A stretch of DNA of 64,000 nt from an uncultured delta proteobacterium (GTDB lineage Bacteria > Desulfobacterota > Syntrophia > Syntrophales > Fen-1087): contig CAVPSX010000011.1 of assembly GCA_963708515.1 (NCBI GenBank), forward strand, positions 104,710 to 168,709, written 5' to 3'. The position numbers were made by a program, and so were the translations under genes. Positions 52,452 through 62,507 of this stretch are shown one piece after another (positions within the stretch are counted from its first letter, which is position 1; each line of letters opens with the position of its first letter). The notes beneath the pieces are model-generated. The model had not been told where the DNA came from and made no database searches. It saw only the letters and a program-made list of their open reading frames with translations.

Positions 52452-54707
52452 ATGCCAATGAAAGAGCGTTTTAAAAAATGGGGCGCCGTCTCCACCCTGA
52501 AGATCACACTGTTCATCATATTTCTTGCCTTGATCCTGTTTCTTGCGGATGTCACCTTCCTGCGATTCATGGAATTGAAGGCCCTTGACTTGAGAATGGT
52601 TTCGCGAGGGAATCTCTCTTCCGGCGGGGAAACGGTCATTGTCGCCATTGATGAAAAGAGCTTAAGCGAGCTGGGGCGATGGCCTTGGCCACGTACAGTG
52701 ATGGCGCGGCTTGTGGACCAGCTCAAGGCATATGGCGTAAAGGTGATTGGCTTTGATGTCATTTTCTCGGAACCTGATGATAACGCCAGCATAAAAACCA
52801 TCTCAGAGCTGTCCAGCGAGATCGCAAGGATAGGCATTCCCGATACAAGACTGAAAGGACTGCTGGAGAGAAAACGCGGCGACGCCGACACGGATGCGGA
52901 GCTGGCCCGTTCCGTCGAGCGGGGGAAAAATGTAACCCTTGGTTATTTCTTCCATATCTCAGATAAGGAGGTGGGCCATTTAACCCCTGAACAAATCAAG
53001 GCCGGCGCCGCCGATATCGCCAACGGCCGCTATCAGATGGTACGGGCCGCGAAAAAAATAGACGAGCATGTGTTTGTACGCGCCTATTCCGCCGTGACCA
53101 ATATTCGGAAGCTGACCGATGCCGCTGAAAACAGTGGTTATTTCAATGCCTTTCCGGACAGCGACGGTGTAATTCGCTGGGCGCCTATGGTCATCCGATT
53201 TGAGGATGATTACTATGCTCCCCTTTCGCTCGCCATGCTGCTTCAATATCAGGAATGGCCTATGTTGTCTCTCAAAATCGCCGACTTCGGCGTAGAGTCG
53301 GTCAGACTGGATAACCTGGTCATCCCGACGGACGAGACGGGGCGATTACTGGTCAATTATCTGGGGCCTGCCGGCACCTTCCCGCATTATTCGATTTCCG
53401 ATGTCCTTCACGGCCGGCTTTCGGCCGACCTATTCAAAGACAAAATCGTCCTGGTGGGCGCAACGGCCACCGGCATCTACGATATGCGCGTGACGCCCTT
53501 CAGCGCCGTATATCCGGGAGTGGAAATCCACGCGACGGTTATCGATAATATCCTGCATCAGCATTTTCTGATCCATTCCGGCTGGACGAAATTTATCGAC
53601 TTTTGCATGATCCTCGTGCTGGGATTCATCGTCGGTGTCGTAATTCCCCGGGCCAGGGCCGCCCGCGGCGTGCTGCTTATTCTGGTTCTGCTGGCCGTGT
53701 TCGTCGGGGCCAACACCTATGTTTTTTCCCGTTACAACATCTGGCTGAACCTGATCTATCCGGTCCTGACCATGATGACCATTTATCTTGCCATTACCGT
53801 TTACCGCTACATCACCGAAGAAAGGGAAAAGAAAAAAATCCGGGGCGCCTTTCAGTACTATTTGACGGCTTCCGTCATAAACGAAATGCTTAAGGACCCC
53901 ACCAAGCTTAAGCTGGGCGGCGATAAGAAGGATCTGACGGTCCTCTTCTCGGATATCCGCGGCTTCACCACGATCTCGGAGAAACTGACGCCGGAAGAAC
54001 TTGTGCATCTGCTCAATGAATATCTCACGGCCATGACCGAGATCGTTTTCAAATACGACGGACTTCTGGACAAATATATGGGCGACGCCATCATGGCGGT
54101 TTACGGCGCTCCTCTGCATCAGCCCGATCATCGCATCCGCGCCTGCCGGACTGCGCTGGACATGGTTGAATCGCTGAAGAAACTACAGCAGAAATGGTCC
54201 GAAGAAGGTCGTCCGATTCTCAACATCGGCATCGGGATCAACAGCGGCGACATGGTGGTGGGGAATATGGGTTCCCAGATGCGATTCGATTATACCGTCA
54301 TGGGCGACAGTGTGAACCTGGGTTCCCGGTTGGAAGGGATTAACAAGGAATATGGCACGAGCATCATTATCAGCGAATATACTTATGAAGGCGTCAAGGA
54401 TGTCCTGACCTGCCGAGAACTGGATTCCGTCCGGGTCAAGGGCAAGAAGCTGCCCGTCAAAATCTACGAATTGCTCTGTGACAAGAATGACGCCGCACCT
54501 TTGGAGGCTTTTATCCAGCGCTTTAATGAAGCGCTGGATAAATATAAACAGGCCCTGTGGGATGAAGCCTGCGCCGCATTTGAAAAGGTACTGGAGATCC
54601 GGCCGGACGATCCTCCCTCCCGGGTTTATATCCAGCGCTGCGAGGACCTGAGGGAATGCCCGCCGGACCAGCCTTGGGATTGTGTCTTTACGATGACGAA
54701 GAAATAA
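52452..54707 (+). CDS. CHASE2-domain class III adenylate cyclase
   Basis: GRWPWPR and PGVEIHA (CHASE2), 3 TMs, FSDIRGFT, DKYMGDA, DYTVMGDSVNLGSRLE, TPR-like tail. Confidence 0.94.
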   Translation: MPMKERFKKWGAVSTLKITLFIIFLALILFLADVTFLRFMELKALDLRMVSRGNLSSGGETVIVAIDEKSLSELGRWPWPRTVMARLVDQLKAYGVKVIGFDVIFSEPDDNASIKTISELSSEIARIGIPDTRLKGLLERKRGDADTDAELARSVERGKNVTLGYFFHISDKEVGHLTPEQIKAGAADIANGRYQMVRAAKKIDEHVFVRAYSAVTNIRKLTDAAENSGYFNAFPDSDGVIRWAPMVIRFEDDYYAPLSLAMLLQYQEWPMLSLKIADFGVESVRLDNLVIPTDETGRLLVNYLGPAGTFPHYSISDVLHGRLSADLFKDKIVLVGATATGIYDMRVTPFSAVYPGVEIHATVIDNILHQHFLIHSGWTKFIDFCMILVLGFIVGVVIPRARAARGVLLILVLLAVFVGANTYVFSRYNIWLNLIYPVLTMMTIYLAITVYRYITEEREKKKIRGAFQYYLTASVINEMLKDPTKLKLGGDKKDLTVLFSDIRGFTTISEKLTPEELVHLLNEYLTAMTEIVFKYDGLLDKYMGDAIMAVYGAPLHQPDHRIRACRTALDMVESLKKLQQKWSEEGRPILNIGIGINSGDMVVGNMGSQMRFDYTVMGDSVNLGSRLEGINKEYGTSIIISEYTYEGVKDVLTCRELDSVRVKGKKLPVKIYELLCDKNDAAPLEAFIQRFNEALDKYKQALWDEACAAFEKVLEIRPDDPPSRVYIQRCEDLRECPPDQPWDCVFTMTKK

Positions 54708-54721
54708 TCAGGAGGTCAATA

Positions 54722-56674
54722 TTGGCTGAGGAAAATCGGTACAGAAGCTGGGTGGAGGTCGATCTTGACCATTTTACAAACAACTGGGATGAGATGAAGC
54801 GTCTCGTGGGCCCCGGCGTCCGCATCATGCAGGTCGTCAAGGCGGACGCCTACGGCCACGGCGCGATAGAAATCGCCCATCTGGCACTGAAAAACGGAGC
54901 GGCCTGTTTCGGGGTTGCCAACGCCGATGAAGGCGTCCAGCTCCGTGTCGGCGGCATCAACGCTCCCATTGTCATCCTGAGCCCCTCCCCCGATTCCGAA
55001 ATCAATCTGATCATCAAATACAGCCTGATCCCCTCCGTCTCCGACATCGGCTTCGCCCGGGAATTGCAGAAACGCCTAAAAAAGGCCGACCTGCGGGCGC
55101 CTATCCACATCGAGGTGGACACCGGCATGGGCCGGGGGGGTACCATTCATTACGAAGCCTTTGACATGATAAAGGAAATCCTTTCCTTGCCCAATATTAT
55201 CATTGAAGGAATCTTTTCCCACCTGGCCGCCAGCGAGACACAGATCGACTACAATCAAAGGCAGTGGCATCTGTTCCGGGGGCTCCTCGATCGACTAACG
55301 GACCATCAGATCGAGATCCCCATCAAGCACATGTGCAACAGCGGGGCCATCCTGAACTATCCGCAATTCCATCTGAATATGGTCCGTCCCGGAATCATGT
55401 CCTACGGCATCTATCCTTCTGATGAAACGAGAGACAAGGCCCAATTGGCTCCGGTAATGAGCTTCAAGAGCCGGATTGTGCTTACCAAGGAATTCCCGGA
55501 GGGCTACAGCATCGGCTACAACCGGACCTACATCACGTACAAACCGACCCGGATCGCCACCATCCCCGTCGGTTACGGCGACGGCTACGGCGTGATCCTG
55601 TCCAATCAGGGCGAAGTGCTGATCCGCGGCAAGCGCGCTCCCGTTGTGGGCAGGGTTTCCATGGACATGTGCACCGTCAACGTCACGCACATTCCCGACT
55701 GCCGGACGGGCGACGAAGTGGTCATGATGGGCAGGCAGGGCGACGATTCGATCACCGCCAACGAGATCGCCGATCGGACCAAGACCATCAGTTACGAGAT
55801 CCTGTGCGCCCTTGGCAAACGGGCGCCGCGCGTTTTTCTGCAAAAAGGAAAAACGGATAGCGTGGCTCCCCGCCTGCGGCGGATATTCATCCCCGATGAA
55901 GAAAAATCAATCGCCCGGATCGACAACATCATCCGGCACTGCTTTCACACGCGGGCAAGGAACGAGGAATTGGGCGATGCCATTTATTATGAAATGTTCG
56001 AAACCCTCTTCGGCAAGGAAGACCGGCAGCTTGAATTGCGGACGAACTTCCGTTATGATATTAACGTGACCGAATTCACCGAGGAAGAAATCCGTGCAGA
56101 CCGCCAGGCCGGCAAGGAGTTCCGTGTCACGACCCTTATCGCGTACACCAAAACGCTTAACCACCCTGTCTTCATGATCGGCTGCGCTGCGAACAATGAG
56201 CAATTGGCGTCCTTCTTCGACGATAAACGCTGCGAATACCGGTGGCTCCTGGGTCAGCGGCAGGATGCCATCACGGAAAAGGACTTCCGTGTCAGCCGGG
56301 TGCGAATCGATGAGGAGGAGGTCCCCATCATCCGGACGGAAGCGACCGACCGTGGTTACGAAGTCTGGTGCGGCAGTGAAGATCTGAAGAAAAAAGTCAA
56401 CCGGCAAGCCAGAATTTCCATTGAAATTGTCACCCGGAAATCAAAACGGAACCACCTTTTCTCCGTTTATCTCGTCTATCCGACACGCGGACTGGACATT
56501 ACTTTCAATTACCACGGCGCCCGCATTAAAAATGTCCGCGATATCAGTTTTTTTGCCGGCCGGCATCCCGACCCTGAGATCATCCGGGAAAAAGGAAAAT
56601 CCATCAGGCTTCGAATCAGCGACGATGAATGGATTTTCCCCACCAGCGGCGTGACCTTTATCTGGGATCCATAA
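54722..56674 (+). CDS. alr: alanine racemase fused to a ~270-aa C-terminal domain of unknown function
   Basis: VVKADAYGHG, DTGMGR, VRPGI, IGYNRTY, GYGDG, GRVSMD, TISYE; TTG start after GGAGG; frame continues about 820 nt past the usual Alr end. Confidence 0.9.
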   Translation: MAEENRYRSWVEVDLDHFTNNWDEMKRLVGPGVRIMQVVKADAYGHGAIEIAHLALKNGAACFGVANADEGVQLRVGGINAPIVILSPSPDSEINLIIKYSLIPSVSDIGFARELQKRLKKADLRAPIHIEVDTGMGRGGTIHYEAFDMIKEILSLPNIIIEGIFSHLAASETQIDYNQRQWHLFRGLLDRLTDHQIEIPIKHMCNSGAILNYPQFHLNMVRPGIMSYGIYPSDETRDKAQLAPVMSFKSRIVLTKEFPEGYSIGYNRTYITYKPTRIATIPVGYGDGYGVILSNQGEVLIRGKRAPVVGRVSMDMCTVNVTHIPDCRTGDEVVMMGRQGDDSITANEIADRTKTISYEILCALGKRAPRVFLQKGKTDSVAPRLRRIFIPDEEKSIARIDNIIRHCFHTRARNEELGDAIYYEMFETLFGKEDRQLELRTNFRYDINVTEFTEEEIRADRQAGKEFRVTTLIAYTKTLNHPVFMIGCAANNEQLASFFDDKRCEYRWLLGQRQDAITEKDFRVSRVRIDEEEVPIIRTEATDRGYEVWCGSEDLKKKVNRQARISIEIVTRKSKRNHLFSVYLVYPTRGLDITFNYHGARIKNVRDISFFAGRHPDPEIIREKGKSIRLRISDDEWIFPTSGVTFIWDP

Positions 56675-56682
56675 CAAATATA

Positions 56683-56863
56683 GGGGCCTTTCAAAAATGG
56701 CTTCACCGCAGCTCAAAATCTTTTTCTCTTGAAATATGATGATGCTTAAATATATTTTAAATCAATAAATTAGTCATGGGGACATGACAGAGTCGTGTCC
56801 CCATCAACGAAAAATCTTTCATTCGCTGCTTGCGAACCATTTTTCACCGGTTATGCAAAGCTC
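56683..56863 (-). mobile_element. MITE-like dispersed repeat, copy 3 (inverted)
   Basis: Reverse complement matches the termini and central AT-rich core of copy 1; contains ATGGGGACATGAC-AGA-GTCGTGTCCCCAT. Confidence 0.75.
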
Positions 56864-56893
56864 CCATATAGGGTTTATGGAGTTTTTTTAATT

Positions 56894-57946
56894 ATGAACA
56901 AATTGCGTGTCGGCGTTATTATGGGCGGCATGTCTTCCGAACGGGAAGTCTCGCTCAACAGCGGCAGGAATGTCTTCGACAACCTGGATCGTCAATATTA
57001 TGAGCCCAAACCGGTTTTCATGGACGGCCAGGGGCGGCTGTGGATCATCCCCTGGCAGCTTGTCTCCCAGAACACAACGGTGGATATTGCCGACCATCTC
57101 GAAAGAGAAGCCCGCCGGATCGCCTATGAAGATCTGAGAAAAGAAATCGATTTTGCCTTCATTGCCCTGCACGGCAAGTACGGCGATGACGGCTGTATTC
57201 AGGGCCTGCTGGAACTCCTGAGGATCCCGTATACCGGCCCGGGGGTGCTGGCCTCGGCGCTGGGCATGGACAAGTATCTCCAGCAGAAAGTCCTCGAGGC
57301 AGCGGGCATTGATGTTCCCCGCAGCATGTTGATCCGCGCCGCAGACTGGAGGGAAAATCCCTCGGCCGTTCGGGAGGCCGTCGGAACCCGCTTCCCATTT
57401 CCCTGCTTTACCAAACCGATCCGGGAAGGCTCCAGCGTCGGCGTTACAAAAGTTATCGATGAAAGAACCCTGGCTGAAGGCATTGACGAGGCCCTGAAAT
57501 GGGACAATGCCGTGCTGGTCGAGGAGCATCTGGACGGCACCGAGTTTTCCGCGATTGTGCTGGAAGGAGACGAAGCCGAAACGCTCGGGCTAACGGAAAT
57601 CTATCCACAGAGCGCCTATTACACGTATGACGATAAATATATGCCCGGCCGCTGCCGGAAATTCACCCCTCCAAAAAATATCCCCACGGAAAAGATCGCT
57701 GCAATCAAGCAATGCGTCATCCGGGCCTTCCATGCCCTCGGCTTCAGGTCTTACGGCCGCATCGACGGATTTATCCTGAAGGACAACCGGATTCTGATCA
57801 CCGATCCCAACTCCTCATCGGGAATGGCGCCTTCGTCGTTTTTTTTTGAGCAGGCCGCCTGTGCGGGTATGCTGCCCGTCATGATTTTATCCCGACTGAT
57901 TGAAAACGCCGTCAAAATTCATGCGGAAAAGCACGGCCCCCTGTAA
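56894..57946 (+). CDS. ddl: D-alanine--D-alanine ligase family protein 1 (atypical DPNSSSG motif)
   Basis: GGMSSEREVS, LHGKYGDDG, MDK, EGSSVG, YDDKY, GRID. Confidence 0.88.
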   Translation: MNKLRVGVIMGGMSSEREVSLNSGRNVFDNLDRQYYEPKPVFMDGQGRLWIIPWQLVSQNTTVDIADHLEREARRIAYEDLRKEIDFAFIALHGKYGDDGCIQGLLELLRIPYTGPGVLASALGMDKYLQQKVLEAAGIDVPRSMLIRAADWRENPSAVREAVGTRFPFPCFTKPIREGSSVGVTKVIDERTLAEGIDEALKWDNAVLVEEHLDGTEFSAIVLEGDEAETLGLTEIYPQSAYYTYDDKYMPGRCRKFTPPKNIPTEKIAAIKQCVIRAFHALGFRSYGRIDGFILKDNRILITDPNSSSGMAPSSFFFEQAACAGMLPVMILSRLIENAVKIHAEKHGPL

Positions 57947-58181
57947 AATCAAGAGATTCCGGCTTTTTTCATCCTGTTTCATATAATTTTCACTTGCACT
58001 TCCCGTGTTTTTTTGCCATGTTGCACGCAAGCGCTGGGGGAGTACCGCCCAATCCCCCAATCTATATTTTAGCGAAAGTCATTATTCATGAAACGCTCTT
58101 ATCGAAGCAGCAACCTGGAATTCTACGGAGACTACCTGGGTTTTGCTGTTGCCTGATGAGGTGTCAAAAAGGAAGAAAGAC

Positions 58182-59255
58182 ATGACGGAAGGACAGGCGG
58201 CAGAGGCAAAACTTAAAGTGGGCGTCATCATGGGAGGCGTTTCTTCGGAAAAGGAAGTCTCCCTGGAGAGCGGCAGGAATATTTTCAGCAAACTCGACCG
58301 CGGCAAATACGAGCCCATCCCCATTTTCATGGACAGCGAGGCGGCCTTTTGGGAAATCCCGCTAAAGCTGCTCATGCGCAACAGTACGCGCGACATCGAG
58401 GAAGACCTCACCTCCGAGGCGACGCGGATACCCTATGAAACCCTGAAATCGCGCGTGGACCTGATCTGCCTGGGCCTGCACGGAAAATACGGCGAAGACG
58501 GCTGCATCCAGGGACTGTTCGAGCTGCTGCGCATTCCATATACCGGCTCCGGCGTTCTGGCCTCGGCCCTGGGAATGGATAAATGGACCGGCCGGAAGAT
58601 TCTGTCCCTCAGCGGCATCGACGTCCCGCGCACATTGCCGGTTTTCAAGCGGCAGTGGACATCCGGGGCGCGTGCTGCGATCCTGGAGGAGGTCGCTGAC
58701 AGGATCGGTTTCCCCTGCGTCATCAAGCCCACGCGTGAAGGGTGCAGCACGGCCGTGACCAAGGTGGTTTCCCCGGATGACATTACGGCGGCCCTCGATG
58801 ACGCCTTCATCTGGGATGACACCGCCCTGGTGGAGGAATTTCTGGCGGGAATGGAGGTGACCTGCGGCGTAATCGGCAATGACCAGCCCCAGGCTCTGGC
58901 AACTTCCGAAACCATCCCCACGGCGGCGATTCTGTCACTCGAAGACAAGTTTCTCTACGGCCAGGGCGAAAACAAGACGCCTGCCCGTCTGCCCGGGGAA
59001 ACCCTCCGGAAAATTGAGGATGTCGCTGTGATGACCTTCCGGAGTCTCGATCTGAAATGTTATGCGAGGATCGATATGTTCGTCACCCCGGAAGGACGGG
59101 TGGTTGTGCTCGAACCGAATACCCTGCCGGGAATGACGCCCTCCACCGTCCTCTTTCATCAAGCGGCGGCTGCCGGCATCACCCAGTCGGGTCTGATCGA
59201 CCGGGTGATTCAGTTCGCCCTGGAGGCGCATGCTCAGAAAAAAGGACCCCTGTAA
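58182..59255 (+). CDS. ddl: D-alanine--D-alanine ligase family protein 2
   Basis: GGVSSEKEVS, LHGKYGEDG, MDK, ARID, EPNTLPGMT. Confidence 0.88.
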   Translation: MTEGQAAEAKLKVGVIMGGVSSEKEVSLESGRNIFSKLDRGKYEPIPIFMDSEAAFWEIPLKLLMRNSTRDIEEDLTSEATRIPYETLKSRVDLICLGLHGKYGEDGCIQGLFELLRIPYTGSGVLASALGMDKWTGRKILSLSGIDVPRTLPVFKRQWTSGARAAILEEVADRIGFPCVIKPTREGCSTAVTKVVSPDDITAALDDAFIWDDTALVEEFLAGMEVTCGVIGNDQPQALATSETIPTAAILSLEDKFLYGQGENKTPARLPGETLRKIEDVAVMTFRSLDLKCYARIDMFVTPEGRVVVLEPNTLPGMTPSTVLFHQAAAAGITQSGLIDRVIQFALEAHAQKKGPL

Positions 59256-60035
59256 ATGAAGCCCCTTGTTGCAGGCCTCGACACCATCGGCAGAACCGTT
59301 ATCCATTACGTCGAAGAAACGGGAAGGATTATGCTCCTGTTTTCCTCGATCCTGTTCTGGATGTTCCGCCCCCCCATCAAATGGTGGAATATTCTCAAGC
59401 AAATGGAATTCGTGGGTGTTAAATCCATTTTTGTCGTCGTCCTGACGGGAACCTTTACCGGTATGGTCATGACCCTCCAAGGATATCATGGTTTTAGACT
59501 GTTCAGCGCCGAAACCATGGTCGGTTCCACGGTGGCGCTGAGCATGACACGCGAACTGGGGCCGGTGTTGACCTCGCTCATGGTCACGGCGCGCGCCGGA
59601 TCGGCCATGGCGGCGGAACTGGGAACCATGCGCGTCACCGAACAGATCGATGCCCTGTCTGTAATGGCCGCCAATCCCATCAAGCACCTGATTGTCCCGC
59701 GCGTCATTGCCGGCGTTCTCATGGTTCCCCTGCTGACGGTCATCGCCAATTTCGTCGGGATCGCGGGGAGCTTCTTCGTGGGCGTCGAACTCCTGAATAT
59801 CAATCAGGGCGATTTCGTCAATAATATCTACAAGATGTTGGAGTTAGACGACATTTACAACGGCCTCGTCAAGGCCGCCTTTTTCGGTCTGGTTCTGTCG
59901 GTCATCGGTTGCTACAAGGGATTCAATACCACCGGCGGCGCGGAAGGCGTGGGCCGGGCCACGACGCAGGCCGTGGTGATTTCATCGATTACGATTCTTG
60001 TAAGCGACTACTTTCTGACGGCGATTATGTTCTAA
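59256..60035 (+). CDS. mlaE: MlaE-family ABC permease
   Basis: RELGPV, AELGTMRVTEQIDAL, GAEGVGRATT.AVV. Confidence 0.94.
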   Translation: MKPLVAGLDTIGRTVIHYVEETGRIMLLFSSILFWMFRPPIKWWNILKQMEFVGVKSIFVVVLTGTFTGMVMTLQGYHGFRLFSAETMVGSTVALSMTRELGPVLTSLMVTARAGSAMAAELGTMRVTEQIDALSVMAANPIKHLIVPRVIAGVLMVPLLTVIANFVGIAGSFFVGVELLNINQGDFVNNIYKMLELDDIYNGLVKAAFFGLVLSVIGCYKGFNTTGGAEGVGRATTQAVVISSITILVSDYFLTAIMF

Positions 60036-60062
60036 ATTAAGCGATAAAGATTGTTTTATGAT

Positions 60063-60809
60063 ATGATTAAGCTTGTGGATATTCATAAATCCTATGGGAA
60101 GCAGAAGGTCCTGGACGGCCTGAGCCTGACCATCGAAGCGGGCAAGACCACCGTGATCATCGGACGTAGCGGCGGTGGAAAAAGTGTCCTGCTGAAACAC
60201 ATCATCGGCCTGATCAAGCCGGACAGCGGTCACGTGCTGATTGATCAGAGTGATATCACCCGGCTCTCTGAAAAAGACCTCAATGAGGTGCGTAAAAAGT
60301 TCGGCATGCTCTTTCAGGAGGCGGCACTTTTCGATTCCATGACGGTGGGTGAAAACGTGGCTTTCCCGCTGCGGGAACAAACTGAGTTGAAGGATGAGGA
60401 AATCAGGCATATCGTGGCGGATCGTCTCCGAGCCGTCGGTTTATCCGGGGTGGAGGGGAAAATGCCTTCCGAACTCAGCGGCGGCATGCGCAAGCGCGTC
60501 GGCCTGGCGCGTGCAATCGCCTTACACCCGCAGATCGTGCTCTTTGACGAGCCGACGACGGGGTTGGACCCGATCATGACGGAAGCCATCAATCAGCTCA
60601 TCATCGACACGCAGAAAAACTTCAACCTGACCTGTGTGGTAATCAGCCATGATATTCAATCCATTTTCCGCATTGGCCATAAAATTGCCATGCTCTACGA
60701 AGGACAGATCATCGCATACGGCACGCCGGATGAGATCCGGGCATCGGACAATCCCGTGATGAAACAGTTTCTATCCGGAAGCGTGGACGGACCGATTCAA
60801 GTTTTATAA
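60063..60809 (+). CDS. mlaF: MlaF-family ABC ATPase
   Basis: GRSGGGKS, LFQEAALFDS, PSELSGGMRKR, DEPTTGLDP. Confidence 0.94.
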   Translation: MIKLVDIHKSYGKQKVLDGLSLTIEAGKTTVIIGRSGGGKSVLLKHIIGLIKPDSGHVLIDQSDITRLSEKDLNEVRKKFGMLFQEAALFDSMTVGENVAFPLREQTELKDEEIRHIVADRLRAVGLSGVEGKMPSELSGGMRKRVGLARAIALHPQIVLFDEPTTGLDPIMTEAINQLIIDTQKNFNLTCVVISHDIQSIFRIGHKIAMLYEGQIIAYGTPDEIRASDNPVMKQFLSGSVDGPIQVL

Positions 60810-60828
60810 AAGGGGACAAGGAGAAAAA

Positions 60829-62310
60829 ATGGGTACCATCGCAACAGAGGCAAAAGTCGGCCTGTTTATTCTCATCGCCATGCTGATTTTGGGATATATG
60901 ACCATGCAGGTGGGTCAGAGGGGATTCGGCATGAAAAAGGGCTACCATGTCGATGTCGTATTTGACAATGCTGCCGGCCTGAACAAGTACTCGTCCGTGC
61001 AGATTGCCGGTGTGGAAGTGGGCCGCGTGGATGATATCCTGCTGAAGGACGGCAAGGCCCTGGTCCGATTACAGATCATTCCCACGGTGATCCTGGAGAA
61101 GGACGTCGTCGCTTCAATCAAGACACGCGGCGTTCTGGGGGACAAGTATATCGAAATCACTCCGGGTACGCGTGGGATGGCTGCCCTGGAACCGGGCGAA
61201 CAGATTCAGAAAGTACAACGCCAGGCCGACATCGACCGTCTTCTCCATCAGATCGGCGCGATTGCCGACGACATCAAAACAGTCTCCGGCACGCTCAGCA
61301 ATGTCCTGGGCGGCCAGGCCGGCCAGGAGAGCATCGGCGGCATCCTCGAAAACATGCAGATGCTGACAAAGAATATCAACAATCTGGTAGTCAGCAATGA
61401 GGCGACCATTCGCAGCATGCTGCTCAACGCCCAGGAACTGACAACCAATCTGAACCGGGTGGTGGTGAAAAATGACGACAAGGTCGGTGAAATGATCGAC
61501 AGCCTGCGCGGCGCCTCCAAAGAAATGGAGAAAACCTTTGCTTCATTCAGCCAGATTGCCGATGAGGTAAAACGAGGGGAAGGCACCCTCGGACAGCTCA
61601 TGAAGGACGATACCACGATCACCAATCTGAACAAGACCCTTGCATCACTGCAGGAGGTGAGCGACAAAATCAACCAGGGCAAAGGCACCCTGGGAAAGCT
61701 CGTCAATGAAGAAGAAACCGTCAACAACCTGAACGAGAGCCTTTCCGGCATCAACCGCTACGTCAACAAGGCCGAGCAATTCCGTACCTTTCTGGGTTAC
61801 CGGGGCGAATACCTCTGGAACACAAGCAATTTCAAAAGCTATCTGGACATCAAAATTCAGCCCAAGCAGGATCAGTTCTATCTTCTGGGCCTGGTGAGCG
61901 ATCCCCGGGGCCGGCTGACCGTTCGGGAGTCCACCACGAACGGCGTCATGACAAAGACGGAAGAATGGGACAAGAACGGCCTGCTATTCAACGCCCAGAT
62001 CGGCAAACGTTTCCGGAACGTGGTCCTGCGGGGCGGCATTCTGGAATCCACAGGTGGAGTCGGCGTGGACTACATGGCCCTCAACGACCGGCTGAAACTA
62101 ACCTTTGAAGCATTTGATTTCTCTTCAAGCCGTAACGCCCACCTTAAGGGGTACGCTGATATTCAGTTATTCAAGTATCTCTACCTGACAGGCGGATGGG
62201 ATGACTTTATCAGCAACCAGGGGAACAGTTCCGGCTTTGTGGGCCTTTCTATCCGCTTTGAAGACGACGATCTGAAATACCTGCTCACATCGACGCCGAT
62301 CCCGAAATAG
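60829..62310 (+). CDS. mlaD: MlaD/MCE-domain protein with long helical region and beta-rich C-terminus
   Basis: EAKVG TM, GL..S.V..AGV.VG.V, G.LGDKYIEI.PG, repeated GTLG.L motifs. Confidence 0.88.
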   Translation: MGTIATEAKVGLFILIAMLILGYMTMQVGQRGFGMKKGYHVDVVFDNAAGLNKYSSVQIAGVEVGRVDDILLKDGKALVRLQIIPTVILEKDVVASIKTRGVLGDKYIEITPGTRGMAALEPGEQIQKVQRQADIDRLLHQIGAIADDIKTVSGTLSNVLGGQAGQESIGGILENMQMLTKNINNLVVSNEATIRSMLLNAQELTTNLNRVVVKNDDKVGEMIDSLRGASKEMEKTFASFSQIADEVKRGEGTLGQLMKDDTTITNLNKTLASLQEVSDKINQGKGTLGKLVNEEETVNNLNESLSGINRYVNKAEQFRTFLGYRGEYLWNTSNFKSYLDIKIQPKQDQFYLLGLVSDPRGRLTVRESTTNGVMTKTEEWDKNGLLFNAQIGKRFRNVVLRGGILESTGGVGVDYMALNDRLKLTFEAFDFSSSRNAHLKGYADIQLFKYLYLTGGWDDFISNQGNSSGFVGLSIRFEDDDLKYLLTSTPIPK

Positions 62311-62507
62311 AGGTTTCATCTTCCCCTCCGGCTATTCTGCTGTCTACGGCGGTGCTTGAAAAATGCAACCTTTCCAATAAGAAATAAACTCGGACATCCT
62401 TCAATGGAAACAGATAAATAGCCATGGAAAGCAAGTCTGCACAGTCAAAAAAATGGACTTGACAATGGGGAACCAATTCTTATATTAGCTGCGCGTCCGG
62501 GTCAACC

